Below, piece by piece: positions 28,901 through 40,533 of a DNA stretch of 64,000 nucleotides. Below the pieces are notes generated by a model, which worked only from the letters and a program-made list of their open reading frames with translations, was not told where the DNA came from and searched no databases. Numbering within the stretch: the stretch's first letter is position 1; the number at the start of each line of letters is the position of its first letter. The position numbers were made by a program, and so were the translations under genes. The stretch comes from Longimicrobiales bacterium (GTDB taxonomy: Bacteria; Gemmatimonadota; Gemmatimonadetes; Longimicrobiales; Gaopeijiaceae), in the NCBI GenBank assembly GCA_965116905.1, contig OZ220732.1, forward strand, positions 3,072,001 to 3,136,000. The letters run 5' to 3'.

Positions 28901-29308
28901 CCACAGAGCCAGTGCCCGGAGACCGGGCGAGGTGCCGGGGGGCGCCTTGCGTGACAGCTCCAGGCCGCCCAGGACCGCGCCCTCCTCGAGTCCCGCGATG
29001 CTGTCCATCGAACGCGTGATCCTATGCTCGGCGCACCAGTGCCGCCCAAGCCGGCGCCAACGCCACACGCCTCCCGGGATCACCGCGAGCACGAGCAGAG
29101 CGAGCAGCAGCGGAACCGGACTGCCCGCGCTCCAGCCGCCGTCTCCGGCCAACCCCGCCGCCAGGACCAGCACCGCAAGCATCAAGGCACCGCACCACCC
29201 CGCCACCGTGAGTCCGAGCGACCGGGACAGGTAGGCCCGGACCCCTTCCACGGCCGCCCCGATCCCCGCCGCTGCAGCGCGCATGGCCTTGCGTTCCCGA
29301 GCCGTCAT
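25955..29308 (-). CDS. DUF4175-like membrane-anchored coiled-coil protein
   Basis: Three N-terminal TMs, Ig-like region (VTYPPHTS, VPAGT, VVPDRPPEV, AQDDHGV, PGDTIRYRARVIDN), long Gln/Glu coiled coil, C-terminal RQERLFHRLLDA..YFERI. Confidence 0.75.
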   Translation of the reverse strand: MTARERKAMRAAAAGIGAAVEGVRAYLSRSLGLTVAGWCGALMLAVLVLAAGLAGDGGWSAGSPVPLLLALLVLAVIPGGVWRWRRLGRHWCAEHRITRSMDSIAGLEEGAVLGGLELSRKAPPGTSPGLRALALWRVGGRLSGDPKTLSGKLGDQVRGRARRGMTALGLALPAALLVMGAAPSRTFSAWDGLLNPLTVLAAPVLPPVTLEPGTAEVSRGAVVEITAHAPLRDSVMLRWDVTGQVTRSRPIALVEGTGNTSLPPVNAEVRYWIEAPDGARTGVHVLTPVDPLFVSNFSLEVTYPPHTSLPPGEYRNEMPPLSVPAGTHLRMRGEGSRALGTGTLRDDRQRAVVSLDVSGTRFEAGWFPQRTGTYTWHFTDAVGGEAAVAPEPLVLEVVPDRPPEVAIVFPGRDTIMPVDLRQPLVVHAQDDHGVERVEIVVRRISSFGEAGEPVVHAVQLGGSAGAIVRPVLELSGWTLTPGDTIRYRARVIDNHPSRQVSESAEYSLWMGGIAELERAAQEELERTAEGVEELAEEARQAEEEARELQQRNERESEAGSRRNGQSDFAEREEVAQALERQDDMMQAVDSLQRELAELREALMDAGLADPELDDGLEELQELLEGATPEDREEADELRDQLAGMDPEELQAALEEMTRNQERLRERLEESLQRFREAAIEQDFRATTREAQELAEEQQILADALMEGGEESLRAGQQEVLEAEAEELQRQLEGLEQRLQEAGEQGAVAGVQEARHQLSQAREQMSQAAQLASQGQQQQAGQQAGQAAGDLSEVSQQLGEAQMQMQQELMNAIRAALGQTAADALALARTQSDLRGRMQGANAAELAALRADEAAVAQGIRNLAENYAEGTEMAAPGARDLLAAVGQAMEHLDGTIGAMENPRARGPSPAAEAEAVVRSLNEVARLAMTSGQQQGQAQASASGSEQMMQQMQQLAQQQGEIIQDASALTPMRLGQETMAERMEEMAGRQEEVAEGLDEMTEEGPEEGDPLGDLSAFAEEARRLAEALAQGRLDPEVLRRQERLFHRLLDAGRTLERDEESEERESDEPGAFERAGVSALSSDDMDALRFALPDAAALRALPPAQRALVIRYFERINRR

Positions 29309-30021
29309 GAAGTGCGCACCCCCTGCGCCATCGCGAAGACGAAGATGTTCACTCCCATGCGCAGGGCGTCCTCCCTGATCCCGGGCGGATCCTCGTGGAC
29401 GTCCGGATCCTCCCAGCCGTCCCCCAGATCGGTCTCGTACGTATACATGACGACGAGCCGGCCCTGATGGAATATCCCGAAGGCCTGTGGAGGCGCGCCA
29501 TCGTGCTCATGAATCTTGGGCAATCCCTCCGGGAATTCGTAGGGGGAGTGGAAGACGGGGTGATCCGGGGGGAGTTCGATGAGCTCCTTCTCGGGGAAGA
29601 TCCGCGCCATCTCGCGACGGAAGGACTCGTCCAGTCCGTAGTTGTCGTCCGCGTGCAGGAAACCCCCGGCGAGCAGGTAGCCGCGCAGGGCGAGACGCTC
29701 CTCGTCCGAGAAGCGGACGTTCCCGTGGCCCGTCATGTAGAGGAAGGGGAAGTCCCGCAGCAACGGATCGGTGGGGCGAACCGCGACTTCGCGCTCGGCC
29801 GTGGCGATCCCGGTCCGCTCCCGCACCGCGGCCAGCAGGTTCGGCAGCGAGGACGGGTTCGCGTACCAGTCCCCCCCACCCTCGTACTGGAGGCGCCCGA
29901 TGGTTACAGGGCCGGCACCCTGTGCACCGGCATTGCCGGCCTGCCCGGCGAGCGCCACGACCACCGCCCCGGTCCCGACCAGGCACCGCCGCAACCGGGC
30001 GGGCGCGCCGCACACCATCAC
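29305..30021 (-). CDS. DUF4159 domain protein (secreted)
   Basis: RLQYEGGGDWYANP, PFLYMTGHG, GGFLHADDNYGLD, LPKIHEHDG, DLGDGWED, ALRMGVNI. Confidence 0.85.
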   Translation of the reverse strand: MMVCGAPARLRRCLVGTGAVVVALAGQAGNAGAQGAGPVTIGRLQYEGGGDWYANPSSLPNLLAAVRERTGIATAEREVAVRPTDPLLRDFPFLYMTGHGNVRFSDEERLALRGYLLAGGFLHADDNYGLDESFRREMARIFPEKELIELPPDHPVFHSPYEFPEGLPKIHEHDGAPPQAFGIFHQGRLVVMYTYETDLGDGWEDPDVHEDPPGIREDALRMGVNIFVFAMAQGVRTS

Positions 30022-30914
30022 CGGCCCTTCCTGGCCCTCACCACGGCTTCGTACGCCGCGCCCCGCGGGATGCCACCCCGCGCGGCCACCGTCCGCGCGG
30101 CGGCGCCGGGGGGCAGCCCCTCGGCCAGGGCCTCGACGGCCAGCGCGTCCACCTCGGCCGCGTCCAGGACGCGCTCGCCCGATCGCCCCCCGACCACGAC
30201 CGTCACCTCTCCGCGCGGCGGGTGCCGGCCGTAGTGGCGAACGGCCTCGGCGGGGGTGCCCCGGAAGATCTCCTCGTGCACCTTGGTCATCTCACGGCAC
30301 ACCGCGATCCGTCGCCGGCCGGCGCCCACGAGCCCGGCCAGCTCCTCCAGAAGCCGGAGGAGCCGCGCGGGCGACTCGAACAGCACGGTGGTGTCTTCGG
30401 CGCCAATGATCCGCTCCAGGGCACGGGCTCGCCTGCCCGCCTTGCGTGGCAGGAACCCCACAAACGTGAACGGGACACAAGGTAGTCCCGAAGCCACCAG
30501 TGCCGCGAGGACCGCCGAAGGCCCCGGAACCGCAACCACCTCGTGCCCACCCTCGACGACCGCGCCCAGCAGGCGCTCGCCGGGGTCCGAGAGCAGCGGC
30601 GTACCCGCGTCCGAAACCAGCGCGACATCGTCGCCGCGCGCCAGCCAGCGCTCCACCCGGGCGATGCGGCTCGCCTCGTTGTGCGCGTGAAGCGAGACCG
30701 GATGCCTGGTCACCCCGATATGGCCGAGCAGCGTCCGTGCCCGCCGCGTATCCTCGGCCAGGATGTGATCGGCCGCGGCAAGAGCGTCGCGCGCCCGGGC
30801 GGTCAGGTCGGCGAGGTTGCCGATGGGCGTCGCCACGATGAAGAGCCGTCCCGGCACCGTGGACGGGCCCGGGAGCGACTCGCCCTCCATACCGGCCCGC
30901 GCGGCGTCCGACAC
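30018..30914 (-). CDS. rsmI: 16S rRNA (cytidine1402-2'-O)-methyltransferase
   Basis: IVATPIGNLAD, AEDTR, LVSDAGTPLLSDPG, PGPSA, FESPAR, CREMTKVHEE, RGEVTVV. Confidence 0.96.
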   Translation of the reverse strand: MSDAARAGMEGESLPGPSTVPGRLFIVATPIGNLADLTARARDALAAADHILAEDTRRARTLLGHIGVTRHPVSLHAHNEASRIARVERWLARGDDVALVSDAGTPLLSDPGERLLGAVVEGGHEVVAVPGPSAVLAALVASGLPCVPFTFVGFLPRKAGRRARALERIIGAEDTTVLFESPARLLRLLEELAGLVGAGRRRIAVCREMTKVHEEIFRGTPAEAVRHYGRHPPRGEVTVVVGGRSGERVLDAAEVDALAVEALAEGLPPGAAARTVAARGGIPRGAAYEAVVRARKGR

Positions 30915-30926
30915 CCTCGGCGCGCC

Positions 30927-31259
30927 CTACAAGTGCTGCGTGATCTTCTGCTCCAGCTGGGCCTTCGGCACGGCTCCCACGATCGTGTCCACGTGCTTGC
31001 CGTCACGGAAGAAGAGGATGCTCGGTATCGATCGCACCCCGAACCGCATCGAGGTGGACATGTTCGTGTCCACGTCGAGCTTGCCGACGCGGACACGTCC
31101 CGCGTACTCGTCGGCCAGTTCCCCGACGAACGGCGCGATGATCCTGCAGGGTCCGCACCACTCGGCCCAGAAATCGACCATCGCGAGTCCCTCGTGAGCT
31201 TCGATCTCGTCCGCGAAGTTGTCGTCGGTGATGGTGACGAGGTTGGAGTTGTCTGCCAT
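30927..31259 (-). CDS. trxA: Thioredoxin
   Basis: VDFWAEWCGPCR, KLDVD, GVRSIP, VGAVPK. Confidence 0.96.
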   Translation of the reverse strand: MADNSNLVTITDDNFADEIEAHEGLAMVDFWAEWCGPCRIIAPFVGELADEYAGRVRVGKLDVDTNMSTSMRFGVRSIPSILFFRDGKHVDTIVGAVPKAQLEQKITQHL

Positions 31260-31427
31260 TCTCGGAGTCCCCGGTAAAGTCGTCATGATCGGCCGCCGAC
31301 CCTGCGGGGTGGTCCGCTCCGCGGGATCGGCCGCCTGTGTGATCGCTACCGTTAACTCTAACCAAAAACCGCTCCCCCTTGATCCGCCCTCGCGGCCGCC
31401 GCCCCCGACGCCTGCGGACCCGCGGGT

Positions 31428-32309
31428 TCAGTCCAGCGAGCGGGCGACCCGAAAGCCCACGATGAGGCTCCGATCGAGGAAGGGACTGCGCAGCCGGTAG
31501 GCCGCGCGCAGGTCCCGGACCCCATGGTACCAGGAGCCCCCGCGCGCCACCCGCGCGGAACAGTCCCCCGACTCCCACGCCCTGCCGTCGCCCGGCGCGC
31601 CCGCGTAGCCCTCGTTCCAGCAGTCCTGGGTCCACTCCCAGACATTGCCCAGGAGGTCGTAAAGACCGAAAGCGTTCGGTTTGAAGGACCCCGCCGGCGC
31701 CGTGTTCTCATGCCCGTCGCCGCAGGGCAGCGCGGAGTAGTCGCCATTCGCGTAGAGGCAGGCATCCGTGACGGTGCGGCCCCAGGGGCGCGCCGTCGAC
31801 GTCCCCGCGCGCGCGGCGTACTCCCACTCCGCTTCGCTCAGCAGCCGGTACGAATGCCCGGTCACCTCGGACAGCCACTGCGTGTACGCCTGGGCATCGG
31901 TCCAGTTCACGTTGATCACGGGACGGCTTCCGCGCCCCCAGCCCTCGTCGTCGGGCAGGTGCTCCAGGCACCCGCCGTCCTGCACGCACGCCTCCCACTC
32001 GGCGAAGGTGACTTCGTGGACGCCGGCCGCGAACGCCGCGACCAGCACGACTCTTTGGGGCCCCTCGTCCTGGTAGCGGCCGGGTTCCGACTCCGGCGAT
32101 CCCATCAGGTATCCCCCGGCCGGCACCCTCACCATTACGGGGCACGCGTCACAGTCCCGGAAGACGGCCCCGTCCTCCGGCAGCGCCGCGGGCGGCCCCG
32201 CGCCGTCCTGGGCGAGGACGGGCCCGGACACGGCGGTGGACAGGATCGCGAGGCAGACGAGACGGACGAGGCGGACGAGACGGACGAGGCGGACGAGACG
32301 AACGATCAT
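31428..32309 (-). CDS. Secreted FGE-sulfatase (SUMF1/EgtB/PvdO)-domain protein
   Basis: YLMGSPESE, EVTFAEW, PVINVNWTDA, RLLSEAEWEYAAR, PNAFGLYDLLGNVWEW, RGGSW, GFRVAR; lacks the CxxxxC of catalytic FGE. Confidence 0.9.
   Translation of the reverse strand: MIVRLVRLVRLVRLVRLVCLAILSTAVSGPVLAQDGAGPPAALPEDGAVFRDCDACPVMVRVPAGGYLMGSPESEPGRYQDEGPQRVVLVAAFAAGVHEVTFAEWEACVQDGGCLEHLPDDEGWGRGSRPVINVNWTDAQAYTQWLSEVTGHSYRLLSEAEWEYAARAGTSTARPWGRTVTDACLYANGDYSALPCGDGHENTAPAGSFKPNAFGLYDLLGNVWEWTQDCWNEGYAGAPGDGRAWESGDCSARVARGGSWYHGVRDLRAAYRLRSPFLDRSLIVGFRVARSLD
32256..32300. repeat. 9-bp tandem repeat x5 in the signal peptide n-region (RLV)
   Basis: Alternating gacgagacg / gacgaggcg units. Confidence 0.9.
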
Positions 32310-32394
32310 ACTGGGAATATGGCCCCACCACGCCCGCACGCGTCAGCCCCCGGGGTGCTTGCCCCTCCCGGCACCGAGCAGACATGATGTTTCG

Positions 32395-32799
32395 ATGGAC
32401 AGCCACCTTGCCGGTCTTCCGCTCGACCACGTGGCGATCGCCGTGCGCTCCTTCGAGGACACGCTCCCCCTGCTCGAGCGATTGACGGGTGCCGCAGCCA
32501 GCCCCCCCGAGCGCGTCGAGACACAGGGGGTCGAGGTGTGTTTCGTGGGAAGCGTCGAGTTGATCCGGCCGCTGGACCGGAACAACGGGGTCGCGCGCTT
32601 CATCGACCGGCGGGGCCCGGGTCTGCACCACATCGCGTACCGGGTCGACGACGTCGGCACGGCCATGAAGGCGCTGCTGGGCGAAGGCTGCGAGTTCACC
32701 TCCACACGCCCCATGACCGGTGCCGGAGGGCATCGTATCGCCTTCATGCACCCCAGGTCGACGGGCGGGCTGCTGGTGGAACTCGTGGAGCGCGGGTAG
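32395..32799 (+). CDS. mce: Methylmalonyl-CoA epimerase (VOC family)
   Basis: LDHVAIAV, QGVEVCF, VELIRP, GPGLHHIAYRVDDV, GAGGHRIAFMHPRSTGGLLVELVE. Confidence 0.88.
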   Translation: MDSHLAGLPLDHVAIAVRSFEDTLPLLERLTGAAASPPERVETQGVEVCFVGSVELIRPLDRNNGVARFIDRRGPGLHHIAYRVDDVGTAMKALLGEGCEFTSTRPMTGAGGHRIAFMHPRSTGGLLVELVERG

Positions 32800-32873
32800 G
32801 GGCGCGCCATCCGGGACCTCCCCGGCGCAGCCCCGGGCGGCGGTGTCACCACCCGGCCCCGAAGGCCCCGGCC

Positions 32874-33409
32874 TCATCCCACCACGCGGTCCAGCTCCAC
32901 CTCCTCGACGAGCCATCCTCCGCCGTGGCTCCGGATCACCACGAACGGCACCTCGACCGAACCCCGTCCCTCCTGCTCGAGGTCCACGCCCACGCGCATC
33001 GCCGCCCGCCCCCGCCCCGCCACGGCCTCCTCGAACCGCACGCGGTACGAGTCGTGCCGCAGGATGGCGGCGATCACGTCCATGCGCAGTTCGACCTCCG
33101 CTTCTTCGAGACACCGCTCGCCCAGCCGGATCCAAGACCCGGCCTTGCGGAAGGCGCAACCGAGGGTGCCGCCGCGGTCGCCGATCGGCCCGTCCGCGGT
33201 CCCGAAGAGGCGGGCCATCGCCGCGTGATCCCTGCGGCCCGCGGCCTCCAGGAACATCTCCACCGTCCGCACGGGCTCCGGAGGGGGCGCCGGCCCGGCC
33301 TGTCCGCCGCCACCCCCGCACCCGGCCACCGTCGCCAACAGGAACCGGGGCAGGATCATGGCGTGTACGGCCCGCCTGCCCCGCGAACGACGCCCCCCGG
33401 TCCTCCGGC

Positions 33410-33413
<4 letters not shown>
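32874..33413 (-). CDS. Hypothetical lipoprotein (NTF2-like fold possible); alternative start 33359
   Basis: Lipobox VAGC, VEMFLEAA..RDHAAMARLFG, C-terminal GGWLVEEV; GTGA overlap with clpB. Confidence 0.65.
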
Positions 33414-36052
<2,639 letters not shown>

Positions 36053-36088
36053 TGTGGCAAACTCCTGTTGCATATCGGTCGGCAACGT

Positions 36089-36166
36089 GGCCAATTTGGC
36101 AGCGTTCGGGCAGGCGAACCCGCCAGGGTCGGCCAAATTGGCAGACTGTCCTGCCAAAATGGCAGG
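36089..36166. promoter_or_regulatory. Three TGCCA-N3-TGGC inverted-repeat boxes between clpB and the OPT gene
   Basis: ggccaatttggcag 36089-36102, ggccaaattggcag 36131-36144, cctgccaaaatggcagg 36150-36166. Confidence 0.65.
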
Positions 36167-36283
36167 GGCTGAGTCCGGCGGGGCCCGCCTCCCCCTCTAC
36201 TACAAGGAAGATCCGGGCCAAAGCCGCGGCGCATCGCCGGGCCTGAGCCGGCGCACCGACAACCCGAGACCCGAGGATCCGTC

Positions 36284-38290
36284 ATGGCATCGGTCGACCC
36301 TCCCTCGCGCAAGGGCCTGCCGCCCGAGGCGTACGAAGTCGTTCCCGGCGACGAATACCGCCCGTATGTGCCGCCGGAGCGGTCCCTCACCGAACTCACC
36401 GTCAAGGCGGTGCTCATCGGGCTCGTCCTGGCCGTCGTCTTCGGCGCCGCCAACGCGTACCTGGGACTGAGGGTCGGGCTGACGGTCAGCGCGTCGATCC
36501 CCGCGGCGGTCATGGCCGTGGCCATCTTCCGCGCGCTGAGGCGCGGGACGATCCTGGAGACCAACCTGGTCCAGACCATAGGCTCGGCGGGCGAATCGGT
36601 GGCCGCCGGCGTGATCTTCACGCTTCCGGCGCTCTTCATATGGCAGCGGTCGGACCCGACGATCGTGGTGGATCTTGTCCAGATCACCGTGATCGCCGCG
36701 ATCGGGGGGCTGCTCGGCGTGCTCTTCATGATTCCGCTCAGGCGCTACCTGATCTCGCGCGAGCACGGCAAGCTGCCCTACCCCGAAGGCACCGCATGCG
36801 CCGAGGTGCAGGTGGCGGGGGCGTCGGGCGGCGGCAAGGCCCGGCTGCTGTTCTCCGGCCTGGGGGTCGGGGCGCTCTACCAGGCGCTCGCGAACCGCAG
36901 CGGTCTCGCCCTCTGGAACGAGTCCCCGAGCCAGCCGCTCCCGGGGAAGGCCGAGATCGGGGGGGACTTCACGCCGGAGCTGCTCGGCGTGGGGTTCATC
37001 ATCGGGCCGCGCATCGCGGCGATCATGTTCGGGGGAAGCGCGCTCGCATGGCTCATTCTGATCCCGGCGATCAACCTCTGGGGCGGCAACAGCGTCGTCT
37101 ACCCGGCGACCGATCCCATGGCGTCGCTGATGTCCGGGGACATCTGGAACAACTACATCCGCTACGTCGGCGCCGGGGCGGTGGGGTTCGCCGGAATCGT
37201 CACCCTTCTCAAGTCGCTGCCCACCATCGTCGAGTCCTTCCGCCTGGGCCTGGGCCAGGTGGGTGCGGGCGGGGGGAGCGACCTGCCGCGCACGCAGCAG
37301 GACCTCCCGCTGAAGATGGTCCTGGGCGTCGCCGCTCTGCTGGCGGTGACGCTGTGGCTCTGGCCGGGCGTGCCTGTGGGACTGACGGGCGCGGTGCTGA
37401 TCGTGCTCTTCAGCTTCTTCTTCGTGACCGTGTCGAGCCGGATCGTGGGACTCATCGGCTCGTCGTCGAACCCGGTGTCGGGAATGACGATCGCCGCGCT
37501 GATCCTCACGTCGCTGATCTTCGTGGCCCTGGGGCTGAATGACGGCAGCGGCGCGGCCAAGGTGGCGGTTCTGGCCGTGGGCGCGGTGGTGTGCATCTCG
37601 GCGGCGGTGGCGGGCGACACCTCGCAGGACCTCAAGACGGGCTTCCTGGTCGGCGCCACGCCGAAGCGCATGCAGGTGGGCGAGATGATGGGCGTCCTCG
37701 CCAGCGCGGCCGTGATGGGCGGCGTGCTGGTCGTGCTCAACGAGTCCTACGGGATCGGCACGGTCGACGGCCTGCCGGCTCCGCAGGCCACGCTGATGAG
37801 CCTGGTGATCGACGGCGTGCTGAACGCATCCCTGCCCTGGGGCTTCGTGCTGCTGGGCATCCTGATCGCGGCGGTCGCCGAGTTCGTCTTCAAGCTGCCC
37901 TCGCTCGCCCTGGCCGTGGGGGTCTACCTGCCGGTCTCGCTGATGACCCCGATCTTCGTCGGCGGCCTGATGCGCTGGGCGCTCAACCGCAAGTACCGGG
38001 ACGCGGGCGAAACGGAGGAGGGCGAAAGCGTCCTGGCCGAGCACCGCGAGCGCGGCGTGCTCTTCGCCTCCGGGCTGATCGCCGGCGCGGCGCTGGTGGG
38101 CGTGCTGATCGGCGCCGTGATCTTCGCGGTGGCCAACCGTACCGGCCACGCCGATCCAGCATCGATCTGGCACGTGGGACACGCATGGTCCGACTGGTTC
38201 ACGGGCAGCTCCGCACTGGTCGGGACGCTGGTGTTCGCGGGACTGTGCTGGATGTTGTGGCGCGTCGCGAACCGGAGGGACGCGGCGTGA
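36284..38290 (+). CDS. OPT family oligopeptide transporter
   Basis: ANAYLGLRVGLTVSASIPAAV, ILETNLVQTIGSAGE, LPYPEGTACAEV, GSSSNPVSGMTI, QDLKTGFLVGATP, PAPQATLM; many TMs. Confidence 0.96.
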   Translation: MASVDPPSRKGLPPEAYEVVPGDEYRPYVPPERSLTELTVKAVLIGLVLAVVFGAANAYLGLRVGLTVSASIPAAVMAVAIFRALRRGTILETNLVQTIGSAGESVAAGVIFTLPALFIWQRSDPTIVVDLVQITVIAAIGGLLGVLFMIPLRRYLISREHGKLPYPEGTACAEVQVAGASGGGKARLLFSGLGVGALYQALANRSGLALWNESPSQPLPGKAEIGGDFTPELLGVGFIIGPRIAAIMFGGSALAWLILIPAINLWGGNSVVYPATDPMASLMSGDIWNNYIRYVGAGAVGFAGIVTLLKSLPTIVESFRLGLGQVGAGGGSDLPRTQQDLPLKMVLGVAALLAVTLWLWPGVPVGLTGAVLIVLFSFFFVTVSSRIVGLIGSSSNPVSGMTIAALILTSLIFVALGLNDGSGAAKVAVLAVGAVVCISAAVAGDTSQDLKTGFLVGATPKRMQVGEMMGVLASAAVMGGVLVVLNESYGIGTVDGLPAPQATLMSLVIDGVLNASLPWGFVLLGILIAAVAEFVFKLPSLALAVGVYLPVSLMTPIFVGGLMRWALNRKYRDAGETEEGESVLAEHRERGVLFASGLIAGAALVGVLIGAVIFAVANRTGHADPASIWHVGHAWSDWFTGSSALVGTLVFAGLCWMLWRVANRRDAA

Positions 38291-38730
38291 CGCGGGCGCA
38301 AGCGGAGAGCCGCGGCGGGCAGCGGCGACAGCGTGGGCGGCGGCTGCGCGGCGGGCGGCGGCGACAGCGTGGGCGGCGGCGGCGCGGCGGGCGGCGGTGC
38401 GCGGGAGTGCGTGCGTGGTTGCGCACGTGTCTCAAATCCGCCGCCCTGGTGCTTGCGGCCGGCTGCGGGACGGCGCCCGAGGAGGTCATGACGTGGCCGG
38501 AGTTCGTCGATGTCTACGTCGGTCTGCGCACGGCCGAACTGCGCGCTTCCGACCTGGTCATCGCGGAGGCAACGCGGGACTCGGTGCTGGCGGCTCACGG
38601 CGTGACCGAGGAGGACCTGCTGGCCTTCGCGGAGCGCTACGGCGACAACGTCACCTTCATGGAGGGGGTGTGGAACGCCGTCGAGAACCGGATGGTGGAG
38701 CTGAGCAGCCGTCCCGACTCCGTGGGGTAG
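38287..38730 (+). CDS. Small lipoprotein (DUF4296-like); alternative start near 38407
   Basis: Lipobox LAAGC, FVDVYVGL..RDSVLAAHGVTEEDL..VWNAVENRM; GTGA overlap with the OPT stop. Confidence 0.65.
   Translation: MTRAQAESRGGQRRQRGRRLRGGRRRQRGRRRRGGRRCAGVRAWLRTCLKSAALVLAAGCGTAPEEVMTWPEFVDVYVGLRTAELRASDLVIAEATRDSVLAAHGVTEEDLLAFAERYGDNVTFMEGVWNAVENRMVELSSRPDSVG
38311..38397. repeat. 36-bp tandem repeat x2.4
   Basis: cgcggcgggc(a/g)gcggcgacagcgtgggcggcggc(t/g)g twice plus a partial third unit. Confidence 0.85.
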
Positions 38731-38847
38731 CGCCACCGCGGCCGGGCTAACGGGCGGCGGCCAGCTCCCTCGCGGGCGGGCGTTGGGCGGCTCCCCGGCG
38801 GCCGGCTCCCTGGCGGCCTCGGTGGGAGCGCGGCCGGCCCGGCGCCC

Positions 38848-40533
38848 CTACTCCCACTCGATGGTCGCGGGCGGCTTCGAGCTGATGTCGTAGGTCACGC
38901 GGTTGACCCCCGTGACCTCGTTGATGATCCGGGTCGACACCCGGCCGAGGAAGTCGGGCTCGAACGGATACCAGTCCGCGGTCATGCCGTCCCGTGACGT
39001 GACCGCGCGCAACGCCACGACGTTTTCGTAGGTGCGGCTGTCCCCCATGACGCCTACCGAGCGCACGGGCAAAAGCACCGCGAAGGCCTGCCAGATGTCG
39101 TCGTAGATGCCCGCGGCCTCGATTTCCTCGAGGTAGATCGCGTCGGTGCGCCGCAGGACGTCGAGCCGCTCCTCGTTCACGGCTCCGATCACCCTGATCG
39201 CAAGGCCGGGACCCGGAAACGGATGGCGGCGGATGAACGCCTCGTCGAGTCCCAGCGTGCGGCCCACGCGGCGCACCTCGTCCTTGAAGAGCTCACGGAG
39301 GGGCTCGATGAGCTCGAAGGGCATGTCCTCGGGCAGCCCCCCGACGTTGTGGTGCGTCTTGATCGTGTCGGAGGGGCCTCGCACGGCCAGCGACTCGATC
39401 ACGTCGGGGTACAGAGTCCCCTGCACCAGGAAACGCGCGTTCGACCCGATCTCGCGCGCCGTGCGCTCAAAGACGCGGATGAACGTCTCGCCGATGATCC
39501 TGCGCTTGCGCTCGGGCTCGGTCACGCCATCCAGGGGGTCCAGGAACTCCCGCGCGGCCTCGACCACCACCAGCCGGATCCCCATGTGTTCGCGGAAGGT
39601 TCGCTCCACGCTCCGGCGCTCGCCGAGGCGCATCATGCCGGTGTCGACGAAAATGCAGGTCAGCCGGTCGCCCACGGCCCGGTGCACCAGCGCGGCCGCA
39701 ACCGACGAGTCCACGCCTCCGGAGAGCCCGCACACCACCTGCTCGGCGCCCGCCAGCGCACGGATGCGCTCCACCGACTCGGTGACGAACGCGCCGGCCG
39801 TCCAGTCGCCCGAGCACCCGCAGATCCGGAAGAGGAAGTTGTCGACGATCTCCTGCCCTCGCGGCGTGTGCGCGACCTCGGGGTGGAACTGGACGCCGTA
39901 CAGCGGGCGCGAGCGCGCGCGGAAGGCCGCGACGGGCAGATCGGCGGTCGCCGCCAGGGTCACGAAGCCGGGAGGGGGCTCGTCGACGTGGTCGCCGTGC
40001 GAGCACCAGACCGTGACGTCGTCGTCCGGGTTGAAGCCGTGGAAGAGATCGCCGTCGTGGCCCGTGGCCTCGGTTCCGCGCTGCGCCGCCGTGCCGTCGT
40101 GGCCCGCAGCCAAGCCGCCGCTGCCCGTGACGCGCAGGCTGGCACGGCCGTATTCGCGCTTGCCGGGCACGACCGTGCCGCCCTCGTGGTCGGCGATCAG
40201 CTGCATGCCGTAGCAGATGCCCAGGAGCGGCACCCCGAGGCGGAGCAGGCCGGGGTCGAGGCCGGGAACGTCGTCCCCGTACACCGACGACGGGCCGCCC
40301 GAGAGAATGATGCCCCGGGGCGCCCACGCCCGTACCCAGTCGATGGACCGCGTGGGGGGGTGGATCTCGCAGTAGACCCCCGACTCGCGGATGCGGCGCG
40401 CGATGAGCTGCGTGAACTGGGAGCCGTAGTCGACGACCAGGATGCGGTCGTGGTGTGGAACGGCGGGGTTGGTGGCCGCCGAGGCCGCGCCGGAGCCGGC
40501 TGCGGGGGAGCGGGGACCCGGTGGATCAGTCAT
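38848..40533 (-). CDS. guaA: GMP synthase (glutamine-hydrolysing)
   Basis: [68 protein letters not shown]. Confidence 0.98.
   Translation of the reverse strand: MTDPPGPRSPAAGSGAASAATNPAVPHHDRILVVDYGSQFTQLIARRIRESGVYCEIHPPTRSIDWVRAWAPRGIILSGGPSSVYGDDVPGLDPGLLRLGVPLLGICYGMQLIADHEGGTVVPGKREYGRASLRVTGSGGLAAGHDGTAAQRGTEATGHDGDLFHGFNPDDDVTVWCSHGDHVDEPPPGFVTLAATADLPVAAFRARSRPLYGVQFHPEVAHTPRGQEIVDNFLFRICGCSGDWTAGAFVTESVERIRALAGAEQVVCGLSGGVDSSVAAALVHRAVGDRLTCIFVDTGMMRLGERRSVERTFREHMGIRLVVVEAAREFLDPLDGVTEPERKRRIIGETFIRVFERTAREIGSNARFLVQGTLYPDVIESLAVRGPSDTIKTHHNVGGLPEDMPFELIEPLRELFKDEVRRVGRTLGLDEAFIRRHPFPGPGLAIRVIGAVNEERLDVLRRTDAIYLEEIEAAGIYDDIWQAFAVLLPVRSVGVMGDSRTYENVVALRAVTSRDGMTADWYPFEPDFLGRVSTRIINEVTGVNRVTYDISSKPPATIEWE

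Noticed and set aside
25832..28954. Long antisense ORFs such as 1040 aa here, 16108-18540, 22936-25068 and 2377-4566
   Set aside because: Shadow frames expected at high GC opposite well-supported genes; Arg/Gly/Pro-rich with no recognisable motifs
31428..32309. Catalytic formylglycine-generating enzyme or a DGR target
   Set aside because: Lacks the CxxxxC after RGGS; no reverse transcriptase or template repeat seen in the window
38735..38845. GC-rich repeats and possible hairpin between convergent genes, as a REP/MITE or terminator
   Set aside because: No U-tract, no second copy seen in the window, and pairing is unremarkable at this GC content
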